A stretch of DNA of 24,000 nt from Geobacillus zalihae NBRC 101842 (lineage in GTDB: Bacteria > Bacillota > Bacilli > Bacillales > Anoxybacillaceae): NCBI RefSeq assembly GCF_001544135.1, contig NZ_BCPV01000023.1, positions 34,931-58,930 of the forward strand, given 5' to 3'. Position numbers and translations under genes: made by a program. The notes under the pieces are model-generated. The model worked only from the letters and a program-made list of their open reading frames with translations, was not told the origin of the DNA and made no database searches. Positions 1-9,161 of the stretch are shown here, piece by piece; within the stretch, counting starts at the first letter, position 1, and each line of letters starts with the position of its first letter.

Positions 1-1503
1 TTAGTGTTGACGAACGCCGTCATCGTTGATTACACCGGCATTTACAAAGCCGATATCGGGGTCAAAGATGGAAACATCGCCGCCATCGGCAAGGCGGGGA
101 ATCCGCTGTTAATGGACGGCGTCAATATTGTCATCGGCGCCTCAACGGAAGTGATCGCGGCCGAAGGGAAAATCGTGACCGCTGGAGGAGTGGATGCCCA
201 TATCCATTTCATTTGCCCGCAGCAAATCGAAACCGCCCTGTCATCCGGCATTACGACGATGATTGGCGGCGGGACCGGGCCGGCGACCGGAACGAATGCC
301 ACGACGTGCACGCCGGGAGAGTGGAACATTTACCGGATGCTTGAAGCCGCCGAAGCGTTCCCAATGAATCTTGGGTTTTTAGGAAAAGGCAACGCGTCGG
401 CGAAAGAGCCGATCGCGGAGCAAGTGCGCGCGGGCGCGGTGGGACTTAAGCTTCATGAAGACTGGGGAACGACGGCGGCAGCGATTGATGCGTGCTTGCG
501 AGTGGCGGATGAGTACGACGTGCAAGTCGCCATTCATACCGATACGTTGAATGAAGGCGGGTTTGTCGAGCATACACTGAAGGCCATTAACGGACGCGTC
601 ATTCATACATACCATACGGAAGGAGCCGGAGGGGGGCATGCGCCCGATATTATGAAAGTCGCCAGCTTCCCGAACATTTTGCCTTCTTCCACGAACCCGA
701 CGCGGCCGTATACGAAAAACACGCTCGATGAGCATTTAGATATGTTAATGGTGTGCCATCATTTAGATCCGTCCGTTCCAGAAGACATTGCCTTTGCTGA
801 TTCGCGCATCCGCAAAGAAACGATCGCGGCAGAAGACATTTTGCACGACATCGGCGCCTTCAGCATGATCAGTTCCGACTCGCAAGCGATGGGACGGGTC
901 GGTGAAGTCATTTTACGTACGTGGCAAACGGCCGACAAAATGAAAAAACAGTTTGGCCGCTTGCCGGAGGAAACGGGGCGAGGCGATAATGTCCGCGTCA
1001 AACGGTACGTAGCCAAATATACGATCAATCCAGCCATTACGCATGGGATTGCCGAATATGTCGGCTCGGTGGAAGTCGGAAAATTCGCGGATTTGGTCGT
1101 TTGGCATCCCGCTTTTTTCGGGGTCAAGCCTGAGCTCGTCATCAAAGGCGGGATGATCGCCTACAGCGTGATGGGCGACCCGAACGCCAGCATTCCGACG
1201 CCGCAGCCCGCTCTGTACCGCCCGATGTTCGCCAACTATGGCGCCGCCGTCGCGAAAACGTCCATTACGTTTTTGTCCAAAGCGGCGTTCGAACGCGGCG
1301 TCCCTGACAAACTGCGATTGCACAAAATCGTCAAACCGGTTGGAAACATTCGTTCGTTAACGAAACACGATATGGTGTTCAACAACGCCATGCCTCAAAT
1401 CGATGTCGATCCGCAAACGTATGAAGTGAAGGTCGATGGGCGGCTCATCACGTGCGAACCGGCTGAAGTTGTGGCCATGGCGCAACGATATTTTCTGTTT
1501 TGA
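1..1503 (+). CDS. ureC: Urease alpha (catalytic) subunit, 5'-truncated by the window edge
   Basis: Frame 1 is open from nt 1 (TTA GTG TTG ACG...) to TGA at 1501-1503. The M listed at nt 4 is an internal GTG. The product carries urease-alpha hallmarks: [43 protein letters not shown]. It is followed by ureE/F/G/D. Confidence 0.97.
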   Translation, partial: LVLTNAVIVDYTGIYKADIGVKDGNIAAIGKAGNPLLMDGVNIVIGASTEVIAAEGKIVTAGGVDAHIHFICPQQIETALSSGITTMIGGGTGPATGTNATTCTPGEWNIYRMLEAAEAFPMNLGFLGKGNASAKEPIAEQVRAGAVGLKLHEDWGTTAAAIDACLRVADEYDVQVAIHTDTLNEGGFVEHTLKAINGRVIHTYHTEGAGGGHAPDIMKVASFPNILPSSTNPTRPYTKNTLDEHLDMLMVCHHLDPSVPEDIAFADSRIRKETIAAEDILHDIGAFSMISSDSQAMGRVGEVILRTWQTADKMKKQFGRLPEETGRGDNVRVKRYVAKYTINPAITHGIAEYVGSVEVGKFADLVVWHPAFFGVKPELVIKGGMIAYSVMGDPNASIPTPQPALYRPMFANYGAAVAKTSITFLSKAAFERGVPDKLRLHKIVKPVGNIRSLTKHDMVFNNAMPQIDVDPQTYEVKVDGRLITCEPAEVVAMAQRYFLF

Positions 1504-1513
1504 GGTGATGATG

Positions 1514-1960
1514 ATGATTGTAGAAACGGTTATCGGCAACATTCGAGCTCTTTCTTCTCTCCCCCCGCACATCGAACGGGTGTACATGCCAAGCGATGAT
1601 TTAGTAAAACGAATTCAGCGGGTGGTGACCGACCATGGGAGGGAGATTGGCATTCGCTTGAAAGAAGCGAAAGAATTGGTAGACGGAGATGTGTTATGGA
1701 TGGATGAGCATAATGCCATTGTCGTATCCGTTCTTCCCGATGATTTGCTTGTCATCCAGCCTGTTTCCATGAAACAAATGGGGGAGATTGCTCATCAGCT
1801 CGGCAACCGCCACTTGCCCGCCCAATTCGAGGAAGGGGAAATGCTCGTCCAATACGACTATTTAGTCGAAGAGCTGCTCCAGCAACTCGGCATCCCGTAC
1901 AAGAGGGAAAAACGGAAAGTAAAACAAGCGTTCCGCCATATCGGGCATCGCCATGACTGA
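1514..1960 (+). CDS. ureE: Urease accessory metallochaperone UreE
   Basis: Three in-frame ATGs lie at 1508, 1511 and 1514, directly after a GAGGTG Shine-Dalgarno that overlaps the ureC stop. 1514 gives workable spacing and an N-terminus ([10 protein letters not shown]) resembling known Bacillaceae UreE. GNRH motif ([10 protein letters not shown]) and His-rich C-terminal tail (RHIGHRHD). The exact start is uncertain by 3-6 nt. Confidence 0.88.
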   Translation: MIVETVIGNIRALSSLPPHIERVYMPSDDLVKRIQRVVTDHGREIGIRLKEAKELVDGDVLWMDEHNAIVVSVLPDDLLVIQPVSMKQMGEIAHQLGNRHLPAQFEEGEMLVQYDYLVEELLQQLGIPYKREKRKVKQAFRHIGHRHD

Positions 1961-2630
1961 CCAACAGCTGCTGTGGCTGCTGCAGCTCTCCGATTCCAAT
2001 TTTCCATCAGGAGCGTTTTCCCATTCCTTTGGGTTTGAAACTTATATGTACCATGAACAAATTCGTGATGCCAAAACGTTTGGCGACGCGCTCGTCGTGT
2101 ATATCCAAACCCAGCTGACGTATACGGAGGGATTGGCGTGCCGGATCGCCTATGAGCAGTTGGAAGTCGACCGTATGGAAGGACTGCGGCGGCTGAACGA
2201 CACGCTGTTTGCTCTCTGCTTGGCGAAGGAAACGCGAGAAGGAACGAGAATGATTGGGGGGCGCTTATGGAAACTGTGCCGCGACATTTACGGAGTCGAT
2301 GAATTGGATGAGATCGTGCAAACGACGCGGTCCATTCATCCGGCCATTGTGTTTGCGGCGGTTGGCCGCAAAATCGGAGCAGCCAAACAAACGACGGTGC
2401 TGACGTATTTGTTTGCTTCCGTACAAACGATGGTGCAAAACGCGGTTCGCGGCATTCCCCTCGGCCAGACGGACGGGCAAAAGCTGCTCGTCATGGCGCA
2501 GCCATATTTGATTCATGCCGCGAGCATCATCGAGACACTCGACGAAGAGGAGCTCGGGGCGGCAGCCGTCGGCTTGGAAATCGCGCAAATGCAGCATGAA
2601 CGTCTTCCTGTTCGATTGTTTATGTCGTAA
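1953..2630 (+). CDS. ureF: Urease accessory protein UreF
   Basis: 225-aa ORF. Its ATG overlaps the ureE stop (ATGACTGA, 8-nt overlap), suggesting translational coupling. The N-terminal [23 protein letters not shown] is typical of UreF. It sits between ureE and ureG. Confidence 0.9.
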   Translation: MTDQQLLWLLQLSDSNFPSGAFSHSFGFETYMYHEQIRDAKTFGDALVVYIQTQLTYTEGLACRIAYEQLEVDRMEGLRRLNDTLFALCLAKETREGTRMIGGRLWKLCRDIYGVDELDEIVQTTRSIHPAIVFAAVGRKIGAAKQTTVLTYLFASVQTMVQNAVRGIPLGQTDGQKLLVMAQPYLIHAASIIETLDEEELGAAAVGLEIAQMQHERLPVRLFMS

Positions 2631-2679
2631 ATCTTGTTTGACGTGGAACGAAAGAAGGACAGAGAAGGGAGAATCCAGA

Positions 2680-3294
2680 ATGGAACCGGTACGAATCGGC
2701 ATCGGCGGCCCGGTCGGCGCCGGCAAAACGATGCTTGTCGAGAAGCTGACGCGGGCGATGCATCGCCGCTTTAGCATCGCGGTCATTACGAATGATATTT
2801 ATACAAAAGAAGATGCCCAATTTTTAATCAAACATAGCGTCTTGCCGGAAGATCGGATTATCGGCGTCGAAACGGGCGGGTGCCCGCATACGGCCATTCG
2901 CGAAGACGCATCAATGAATTTTGCGGCCATTGATGAACTGAAACGGCGCCATCCAGATGTGGAACTCATTTTGATCGAGAGCGGCGGCGATAACTTGGCG
3001 GCGACCTTCAGCCCGGAGTTGGTCGATTTCTCCATTTATGTCATCGACGTCGCCCAAGGGGAGAAAATTCCGCGCAAAGGCGGACAGGGGATGATGAAGT
3101 CAGATTTGCTCGTGATCAACAAAATCGATCTTGCCCCTTACGTCGGCGCCAGTCTGGAAGTGATGGAACGGGACGCCAAAGCAGCGCGAGGGGCGAAGCC
3201 GGTCATTTTTACAAATTTAAAAGAAGAGATTGGTCTTTTTGACGTTGTGGATTGGATCGAAAAACAGGTGCTGCTGGCAGGGCTGGAAGAATGA
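2680..3294 (+). CDS. ureG: Urease accessory GTPase UreG
   Basis: The ATG at 2680 is preceded by GAAGGGAGAA. The product starts [17 protein letters not shown] (P-loop) and contains [18 protein letters not shown] and NKIDL motifs. The longer listed ORF (from 2515) overlaps ureF and its extension is Arg/Ser-rich and not protein-like. Confidence 0.96.
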   Translation: MEPVRIGIGGPVGAGKTMLVEKLTRAMHRRFSIAVITNDIYTKEDAQFLIKHSVLPEDRIIGVETGGCPHTAIREDASMNFAAIDELKRRHPDVELILIESGGDNLAATFSPELVDFSIYVIDVAQGEKIPRKGGQGMMKSDLLVINKIDLAPYVGASLEVMERDAKAARGAKPVIFTNLKEEIGLFDVVDWIEKQVLLAGLEE

Positions 3295-4106
3295 GCTGGA
3301 CGGGGCGTTTGCGATGTACAGCGGTCGTGAAAAACGGCCGCACCGTCATTTTGGACAACTATAGTGAAGGGGCGCTGAAACTGATGCGTCCTGTTTACCT
3401 CGATCCGGCTCATCCGACGTTATATCTTGTCCACGTGGGCGGCGGGTATGTCGATGGGGATTCATATGATATGGAAATCTTCCTCGAGCCCAGCGCCCGG
3501 TTGATGGTGACGACCCAGTCGGCGGCGAAAATCTACAAAACTCCTTCAACGCCTGTAAGGCAGTATACACGATTGTCACTTGGGGAGCAAAGCGTACTTG
3601 AATATTTCCCCGACCCGACGATCGCCTATGAGCATGCGCGCTTTTATCAAGAAACGACAGTGTACATCACGCCAAGCTCCACGTTTGTTTATGGCGAAAT
3701 CATCACGCCTGGATGGTCGGAAAGCGGCGAGCTGTTCCGCTATGATTGGATTCGCTCGAAACTGAAGGTGTATCAAGACGAGGCGCTCGTTCTGTTTGAT
3801 CATCTGTACTTGGACTCGCGGCAGCACTTAACGAGCATGCTGCAGCTCGGCGGCTATACGCATGTCGGATCATTCGTGGCTCTTTCTCCGTTCATCACAA
3901 AGGAAGTGTTAGAACAGTTCAACCAATTCATGGAAGAGATGCCGAAAGAGGTTCGCTGCGGTTTTTCAGCGGCAGCCGTTCCAGGCTTTTCTGTACGTAT
4001 ATTGGCGTATGAAACATCGGCCATTGAAGCGATATTCCAACGCGTCCAACAGTTTATTCGCCAACAATGCGGTGAGAAAGCGCCAGTCTGTTGGAGGAAA
4101 TATTGA
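3291..4106 (+). CDS. ureD: Urease accessory protein UreD
   Basis: The ATG at 3291 overlaps the ureG stop (ATGA). 271-aa product. Its position after ureG and its length fit UreD (called UreH in Helicobacter). Confidence 0.85.
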   Translation: MSWTGRLRCTAVVKNGRTVILDNYSEGALKLMRPVYLDPAHPTLYLVHVGGGYVDGDSYDMEIFLEPSARLMVTTQSAAKIYKTPSTPVRQYTRLSLGEQSVLEYFPDPTIAYEHARFYQETTVYITPSSTFVYGEIITPGWSESGELFRYDWIRSKLKVYQDEALVLFDHLYLDSRQHLTSMLQLGGYTHVGSFVALSPFITKEVLEQFNQFMEEMPKEVRCGFSAAAVPGFSVRILAYETSAIEAIFQRVQQFIRQQCGEKAPVCWRKY

Positions 4107-4126
4107 CAAGGGAAAGGAAGAAGACA

Positions 4127-4750
4127 ATGGGAACGATATGGCCTGTGCTCTTGTTTGGATTGCTGCTAGGAATGAAGCATGCGACGGAACCGGATCATGT
4201 CATTGCCGTTTCGACCATTGCCAGCCGGACGAAAAAACTGTCCCTTTCATCGCTGGCCGGCATGTTTTGGGGAATTGGCCATACGTTGACGCTGCTCGTT
4301 GTTGGGATGGCGATGATCGCCTTTGAGCGGCAAATTCCTGAACAGATTGCTTCTTACCTTGAAATGGCCGTCGGCGTAATGATCATCATGTTAGGGATCG
4401 CCAGTTTTCGCTCGACAATGAGGCTGGATCATCATCACCAGGGCGATATTCATCATTTACATGTGAAATCGACATTGATCGGCATCGTCCACGGTTTGGC
4501 CGGCAGCGCCGGAATGGTGTTGTTGACGATGACGACGGTCAAAGGAACTTGGATGGCGCTTGCTTTTATTTTGATTTTTGGCCTAGGAACGGTCATCGGC
4601 ATGATGCTGTTCACGACGTTTCTCGGGATTCCGTTTGTTTGGATGAAAGCGAAACAGCAAGTCATGAATCAATGGATCGTGAAAACCGTTTCCCTCATCA
4701 GCATCGCCTATGGGGTCTATTACATGTATCATATCGCCGCCGAAATTTGA
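4127..4750 (+). CDS. ureH: UreH-type nickel permease (NiCoT-related, HX4DH signature) at the end of the urease cluster
   Basis: The ATG at 4127 follows GGAAAGGAAG. About six hydrophobic segments. HATEPDH matches the HX4DH signature of Ni/Co transporters. His-rich loop RLDHHHQGDIHHLH. As I recall, thermophilic Bacillus urease clusters (strain TB-90) end in such a gene, named ureH. Confidence 0.78.
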   Translation: MGTIWPVLLFGLLLGMKHATEPDHVIAVSTIASRTKKLSLSSLAGMFWGIGHTLTLLVVGMAMIAFERQIPEQIASYLEMAVGVMIIMLGIASFRSTMRLDHHHQGDIHHLHVKSTLIGIVHGLAGSAGMVLLTMTTVKGTWMALAFILIFGLGTVIGMMLFTTFLGIPFVWMKAKQQVMNQWIVKTVSLISIAYGVYYMYHIAAEI

Positions 4751-4795
4751 CGCTCCTCGCGGCTGGCGTCATAGGTGGAGGGTTGTTCAAAACAA

Positions 4796-4835
4796 AGAAG
4801 CACCGGTCTTGGGAGAAGGCCGGTGCTTCTTTTTC
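4796..4835. terminator. Bidirectional rho-independent terminator between convergent ureH and GNAT genes
   Basis: Perfect 11-bp stem AGAAGCACCGG (4796-4806) / CCGGTGCTTCT (4820-4830). It is followed by TTTT on the plus strand and by TTGTTTT on the minus strand. Confidence 0.85.
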
Positions 4836-4860
4836 GATGCGGCGTCATCATCACCTCGTG

Positions 4861-5340
4861 TCACACCAGTGGTTTTACAAGCAACAACTCATCTCGAATA
4901 GGAATGCCGTCAGGACTTGTTTTCGGAATGTTTGGCTTGATTTGTCGCGCCTTGTCGACAGCGTTGGGAAAGACGTTCACAATTTGATAGCCGCGCTTTT
5001 GATAGAAACGAAGGGCATGCAAGTTGTCGTTGGTAGTGATCAGTTGAACAGCCGTGCACCTTTGTTGTCTCGCCCATGCCTCTGCCTCATGCAAAAGGGC
5101 GCTGCCGATGCCGCGGTTTTCCATTATGCTGTCTAGCGAGATGATCTCGCATTCGTTTCCGCAAATCACAAACGTAATGAGCCCGACGATCCGAGATCCA
5201 TTCTCAACAGCCGCAAATCCATCCAGCTCGCTGCAGGTATAGATGCCGGTCGAGACAACCATTTGCGGACTTCCCCAATGGTCGTTGAAAAATTGGTTGA
5301 CGATGGCGCGGTCCAACTGTTTGGTTGGAACGATGTTCAA
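4861..5340 (-). CDS. GNAT-family N-acetyltransferase
   Basis: A TTG at 5340 is preceded by a strong SD (AAAGGAGGAGGAG, 4 nt spacer) and gives a 160-aa product. Acetyl-CoA-binding-type motif RGIGSALLHEAEAWA plus FYQKRGY. The listed upstream extension to 5430 runs into the hairpin element and has no SD. Confidence 0.8.
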   Translation of the reverse strand: MNIVPTKQLDRAIVNQFFNDHWGSPQMVVSTGIYTCSELDGFAAVENGSRIVGLITFVICGNECEIISLDSIMENRGIGSALLHEAEAWARQQRCTAVQLITTNDNLHALRFYQKRGYQIVNVFPNAVDKARQIKPNIPKTSPDGIPIRDELLLVKPLV

Positions 5341-5416
5341 GGCGCTCCTCCTCCTTTGTGCAGATGATGATGTTTGATCACCCCAATGCATAAGACGTTC
5401 ACTTCCGTGCGTGATT

Positions 5417-5637
5417 TTGACACTCCGCACGCCTAAAGGCGTGGGATTCTTGAGTCGTTCGCGTCCTCATCCATTTCTGGTTCGGACAACGCCCAAATTC
5501 AGGGGTGTGTCATCACCCCGTCCCATCGGGTTAGGATGTACCCCCATGGGCGGCGCACCTGTGACCAGTGCGCTAGGTTAGACGGGGCTCGCTTTCATCC
5601 CACCCCTCAAGGAGTGGGCTTTCTCGCTCGCTGATCT
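5417..5637 (-). mobile_element. 221-bp protein-less IS200/IS605-type miniature element (PATE-like) with IS608-like ends
   Basis: Read on the minus strand:
- TTAC (5641-5638), then 19 nt ending in AAAG (5637-5619).
- Hairpin CCCACTCC-ttga-GGGGTGGG (5618-5599, one T.G pair).
- About 150 nt of stem-rich sequence.
- GAAT (5449-5446), then hairpin CCCACGCC-ttta-GGCGTG(c)GG (5445-5425).
- agtgTCAA, ending at 5417.
This reproduces, as I recall it, the IS608 end architecture: a TTAC target 19 nt 5' of the left hairpin with an AAAG guide, then a GAAT guide, the right hairpin and a TCAA terminus. There is no transposase ORF inside. Confidence 0.6.
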
Positions 5638-5673
5638 GTAACAGGGGATGTCCACATCCGTCCTCCTCTTGTG

Positions 5674-6843
5674 TCAAAGGGCCGAGTCTTTTTGCATCAT
5701 CGCGCGTTGAAACGATTGAAAAACAGCGAAGGAAATGAATGTTAGCACAATCCCTGACATATATGGCAAACTGGACTTTAAGGTGAACAACCAGCCGGCG
5801 ATCGCCGGACCGCCAATGCGGCCGAGCGAATCGAACGAGGATAAGACGCCTGTTGCGCTTCCTTGGCCATCCGCTGTATACTTCGTCAACAACGCGGAGA
5901 CGCACGGGCGGATGACGCCGTTTCCAATGCCGAAAATCGTTAAATAGAGCGCGGCTGTCCAAAAGCTGTGAACGAATAAAATGAGAAAAAAGCCAACTGC
6001 TGACAAGAACAGCCCGACACGAATGACAGCTCCTTCCCCGAATGAGCGGATCAGTTTTCCAAGCAACCCTCCTTGGACGATGGCCCCTGCAAGCCCCATG
6101 ATCATAAAGATGTAGCCAAGTTCCGTCGACGAAAGCCCCGCTCGTTCAGCGGCAAAATAGGCGAACGTCGCTTCAAGTCCGGCGAGGGAAAACGTTGTGA
6201 TCAGCTGCAGTAAGTATAGGCGCGCTACAGGCCCTTGGAGGGCGGCCGCAAGCGATGGCCGCTTTGTTCGTATATTCATTCGTTTTTCTCTCGGAAGCGA
6301 CTCATGCAAGAAAACGAAAACGAATAGAGCGGTCAAGAGCGCCAAGCTGCCTGCCATCCAAAACGGAGCGGTTAAGCTCGCTTTCGAGAACACGCCGCCG
6401 ATCCCCGGTCCGAAAATGAATCCAAGCCCAACGGCCGCTCCGATCATCCCCATTCCTTTGCCCCGGTCTTCTTCCGTTGTCACATCTGCGACGTACGCCA
6501 TAGCGGCCGGCATCGTGGCCGCCGATAGACATCCGCCGATGATGCGAGCGGCAAACAACATCCAAAGTTTTGTCGCGACGGCGAGCAAGAAAAACGAAAG
6601 TGCTAAGCCAGAAATACCGATGAGCAACATCGGCTTTCGTCCATAGCGGTCCGATAAATTCCCCCACATCGGCGCAAATAAAAATTGCATGAGCGAATAC
6701 ACGGCCATTAGCCAACCGAGTTGTGTTGGAGTCGCGCCGATTTTTTCTGCGTAAAATGGAAGGACAGGGATAATGATGCCAAACCCGGCCATGACCAAAA
6801 ACATCACAAGAAACAAAAGCGATAAATCACGGCGATTGCCCAT
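5674..6843 (-). CDS. MFS (DHA1/Tet-like, 12-TMS) efflux transporter
   Basis: About 12 hydrophobic segments. MFS motif A (GNLSDRYGRKPMLLIG). The start is set at ATG 6843 (GGAG 9 nt upstream). The further-upstream ATGs of the ORF overlap the predicted promoter. The start is uncertain by a few codons. Confidence 0.88.
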   Translation of the reverse strand: MGNRRDLSLLFLVMFLVMAGFGIIIPVLPFYAEKIGATPTQLGWLMAVYSLMQFLFAPMWGNLSDRYGRKPMLLIGISGLALSFFLLAVATKLWMLFAARIIGGCLSAATMPAAMAYVADVTTEEDRGKGMGMIGAAVGLGFIFGPGIGGVFSKASLTAPFWMAGSLALLTALFVFVFLHESLPREKRMNIRTKRPSLAAALQGPVARLYLLQLITTFSLAGLEATFAYFAAERAGLSSTELGYIFMIMGLAGAIVQGGLLGKLIRSFGEGAVIRVGLFLSAVGFFLILFVHSFWTAALYLTIFGIGNGVIRPCVSALLTKYTADGQGSATGVLSSFDSLGRIGGPAIAGWLFTLKSSLPYMSGIVLTFISFAVFQSFQRAMMQKDSAL

Positions 6844-6877
6844 GATCATCATCTCCACGATATGGTTTGCCTCTTTC

Positions 6878-6906
6878 ATCATAATGGAAAGACAGGCGTT
6901 TTTCAA
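6878..6906 (-). promoter_or_regulatory. Sigma-A-type promoter for the MFS gene (and possibly GNAT)
   Basis: On the minus strand: TTGAAA (6906-6901), a 17-nt spacer, then TATGAT (6883-6878). This lies about 35 nt upstream of the proposed start codon. Confidence 0.55.
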
Positions 6907-6990
6907 AGCAGATCATGCCTCGCTTGGCCATTCCGACAAGGCTGGGATCACTCCCGAATGTCATCCACAAACCATTTCCATTCATCCCCA

Positions 6991-7019
6991 TTGACAATGG
7001 AAGCGGTTTTCGCGAGACT
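6991..7019 (+). promoter_or_regulatory. Candidate sigma-A promoter for dsdA
   Basis: Perfect -35 TTGACA (6991-6996), a 17-nt spacer, and a weak -10 GAGACT (7014-7019). It is divergent from the MFS promoter. Confidence 0.3.
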
Positions 7020-7112
7020 GGAGGTAAACGGTTCGACAAACAATGAAGCGGACTTTGGACCGGCATCCGCCCAGGGTGCGAAACGACAAACACGCATGGG
7101 AGAGAATGGTGC

Positions 7113-8492
7113 ATGATGACCAAAAACGAAATCCAAAAGTGGATAAAGGAATTCCCGCTGCTTAAAACGATCATGGCGGCCGAAGAGGTGTTTTGGCGCA
7201 ATCCAAAATATCACGCGTTTGCGCAAGCTATTCGAACGATTCCTTTACGCGAACGCGATGTCAAGGAGGCGGAAGAACGATTGCGCCGCTTTGCCCCCTA
7301 CATCGCGAAAGTTTTTCCCGAGACGCGGCCGGCCTATGGCATCATCGAATCCCCTTTAGTCCGGATTCCGAACATGCAACGGCGTTTGGAAAAGATGTTT
7401 CAGACCAACATCGAGGGGGAGCTGTTGCTAAAATGCGACAGCCATCTCCCGATTTCCGGGTCGATCAAGGCGCGTGGGGGCATTTACGAAGTGTTGAAAC
7501 ACGCGGAAGATCTTGCGCTCGCCAACGGGATGATCGCCATAGGAGAGGACTATGCGGTGATGGACAGCGAAGAATTCCGGCAGTTCTTTTCCCGCTATTC
7601 GCTTGTCGTCGGTTCGACAGGAAATTTAGGCTTGAGCATCGGCATCATCGGGGCGCAGCTTGGGTTCCGCGTCACCGTTCATATGTCAGCCGATGCGAAA
7701 CAATGGAAAAAAGACTTATTGCGAAGCAAAGGGGTCACCGTCATCGAACATCTCACTGATTACAACAAAGTGGTGGAAGAGGCGCGAAGACAGTCCGCCG
7801 AGGATCCAACGTCGTATTTTATCGATGATGAGAACTCGATCCATCTGTTTTTAGGCTATGCGGTGGCGGCGTTTCGGCTGAAAAAGCAATTAGAGGACAT
7901 GAACATCACGGTTGATGAAACCCATCCGCTCTTTGTGTATCTTCCTTGCGGCGTCGGCGGCGGTCCGGGCGGGGTGACGTTTGGGCTGAAGCTCGTGTAC
8001 GGCGATCATGTGCATTGCTTTTTCGCTGAGCCGACGCATTCGCCTTGCATGCTGCTTGGGTTGATGACAGGAGAGCACGACCGCGTGTCGGTGCAAGATT
8101 TTGGCCTCGACAATAAGACCGAAGCGGACGGGCTAGCGGTGGGGCGGCCGTCGCGGCTGGTGGGAAACATGCTTGAGAACGTCATCAGCGGCGTCTATAC
8201 GGTGGACGATTCGACGCTTTACCGCTTGCTCGCGGCGATGGTGGAAACGGAGGAAATCTATTTAGAGCCGTCCGCCTTGGCGGGGGTGGCGGGGCCTGTT
8301 CGGCTGTTTCGTGATTTGGCGGGGCAAACGTACGTAGAGGCAAACGGTTTGAAAGAAAAGATGAAAAACGCCGTCCATATTGGCTGGGCGACGGGTGGAA
8401 GCATGGTGCCAAAGGATGTGATGGAGGCCTATTATCGGGAAGGCGTGCGCATCGAAACGATGACAGGGAACGGTTTTTCTGAAGGACGATAA
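7113..8492 (+). CDS. dsdA: D-serine ammonia-lyase (D-serine dehydratase), PLP-dependent
   Basis: 459-aa ORF. Strong resemblance to DsdA: [48 protein letters not shown] containing the PLP lysine. SD GGGAGAG lies 8 nt upstream. Confidence 0.93.
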   Translation: MMTKNEIQKWIKEFPLLKTIMAAEEVFWRNPKYHAFAQAIRTIPLRERDVKEAEERLRRFAPYIAKVFPETRPAYGIIESPLVRIPNMQRRLEKMFQTNIEGELLLKCDSHLPISGSIKARGGIYEVLKHAEDLALANGMIAIGEDYAVMDSEEFRQFFSRYSLVVGSTGNLGLSIGIIGAQLGFRVTVHMSADAKQWKKDLLRSKGVTVIEHLTDYNKVVEEARRQSAEDPTSYFIDDENSIHLFLGYAVAAFRLKKQLEDMNITVDETHPLFVYLPCGVGGGPGGVTFGLKLVYGDHVHCFFAEPTHSPCMLLGLMTGEHDRVSVQDFGLDNKTEADGLAVGRPSRLVGNMLENVISGVYTVDDSTLYRLLAAMVETEEIYLEPSALAGVAGPVRLFRDLAGQTYVEANGLKEKMKNAVHIGWATGGSMVPKDVMEAYYREGVRIETMTGNGFSEGR

Positions 8493-8543
8493 GATCATTC
8501 CATGGAGTTTTGAAACGAATGCATGAAATGTTGGAGGGGTTCG

Positions 8544-9101
8544 ATGAAAACCGAAAAAGAAAAGATGGTGGCGGGACACTTGTACAATCCCGCTGATCCG
8601 GAGCTCGTCAAGGAGCGGGAGCGGGCGCGGCGGCTCGTTCGTTTGTATAATGAAACGTTGGAAACGGAATATGAAAAGCGAACCGCTCTGCTCAAAGAAC
8701 TGTTCGGTTCAACGGGAGAACGGCTGTTTATCGAGCCGAACTTCCGCTGCGACTACGGCTATAACATTCACGTTGGCGAAAACTTTTTTATGAACTTTGA
8801 TGGCGTGATTTTGGATGTATGTGAAGTGCGAATCGGCGACCATTGTTTTATTGGTCCCGGTGTGCACATTTATACGGCGACTCACCCGCTCGATCCGCAC
8901 GAACGAAATTCCGGGTTGGAGTACGGAAAGCCGGTTGTGATCGGCCATAACGTCTGGATCGGCGGGCGGGCTGTCATCAATCCGGGCGTCACGATCGGCG
9001 ACAACGCTGTCATCGCCTCAGGGGCGGTTGTGACAAAAGATGTCCACGCCAACGCGGTCGTTGGCGGAAACCCGGCGAAAGTGATCAAATGGCTCAAATA
9101 G
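8544..9101 (+). CDS. maa: Maltose/galactoside O-acetyltransferase (left-handed beta-helix, hexapeptide repeats)
   Basis: The ATG at 8544 follows GGAGGGG. N-terminal Maa/LacA-type [31 protein letters not shown], and C-terminal hexapeptide repeats ([31 protein letters not shown]). Confidence 0.9.
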   Translation: MKTEKEKMVAGHLYNPADPELVKERERARRLVRLYNETLETEYEKRTALLKELFGSTGERLFIEPNFRCDYGYNIHVGENFFMNFDGVILDVCEVRIGDHCFIGPGVHIYTATHPLDPHERNSGLEYGKPVVIGHNVWIGGRAVINPGVTIGDNAVIASGAVVTKDVHANAVVGGNPAKVIKWLK

Positions 9102-9111
9102 CCCAAGGCCG

Positions 9112-9146
9112 CGCCCCGCGCAAAGCATGTGCGGGGCGTTTGGTTG
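9112..9146 (+). terminator. Rho-independent terminator after maa
   Basis: GC-rich stem CGCCCCGC(GCA) 9112-9122 / (TGT)GCGGGGCG 9128-9138, followed by TTTGGTT. Confidence 0.75.
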
Positions 9147-9161
9147 CATCATCCTTCTTTG

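Noticed and set aside
2515-2679. N-terminal extension of the ureG ORF. Similar upstream extensions exist for the ureE, ureD, ureH, maa, gabT and MFS ORFs.
   Set aside because: The extensions overlap the preceding gene or a promoter, lack an SD, and encode low-complexity sequence. Internal ATGs with a good SD give canonical N-termini.
5607-5657. A 16-codon small ORF (MWTSPVTDQRARKPTP) on the minus strand, just after the MFS stop and preceded by GAGGAGGA.
   Set aside because: The SD-to-ATG spacing is only ~3-4 nt. The ORF also crosses the TTAC junction into the inserted element, so it is most likely fortuitous.
5417-5673. Riboswitch or leader upstream of the GNAT gene. Strings resemble c-di-AMP (ydaO) elements (GTCTAACCTAGCGC, GGGGTGATGAC) and a B12-box-like GCGCACTGG.
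   Set aside because: The motifs are in the wrong order and lack the rest of the respective consensus cores. The IS608-like end signature explains the region better.
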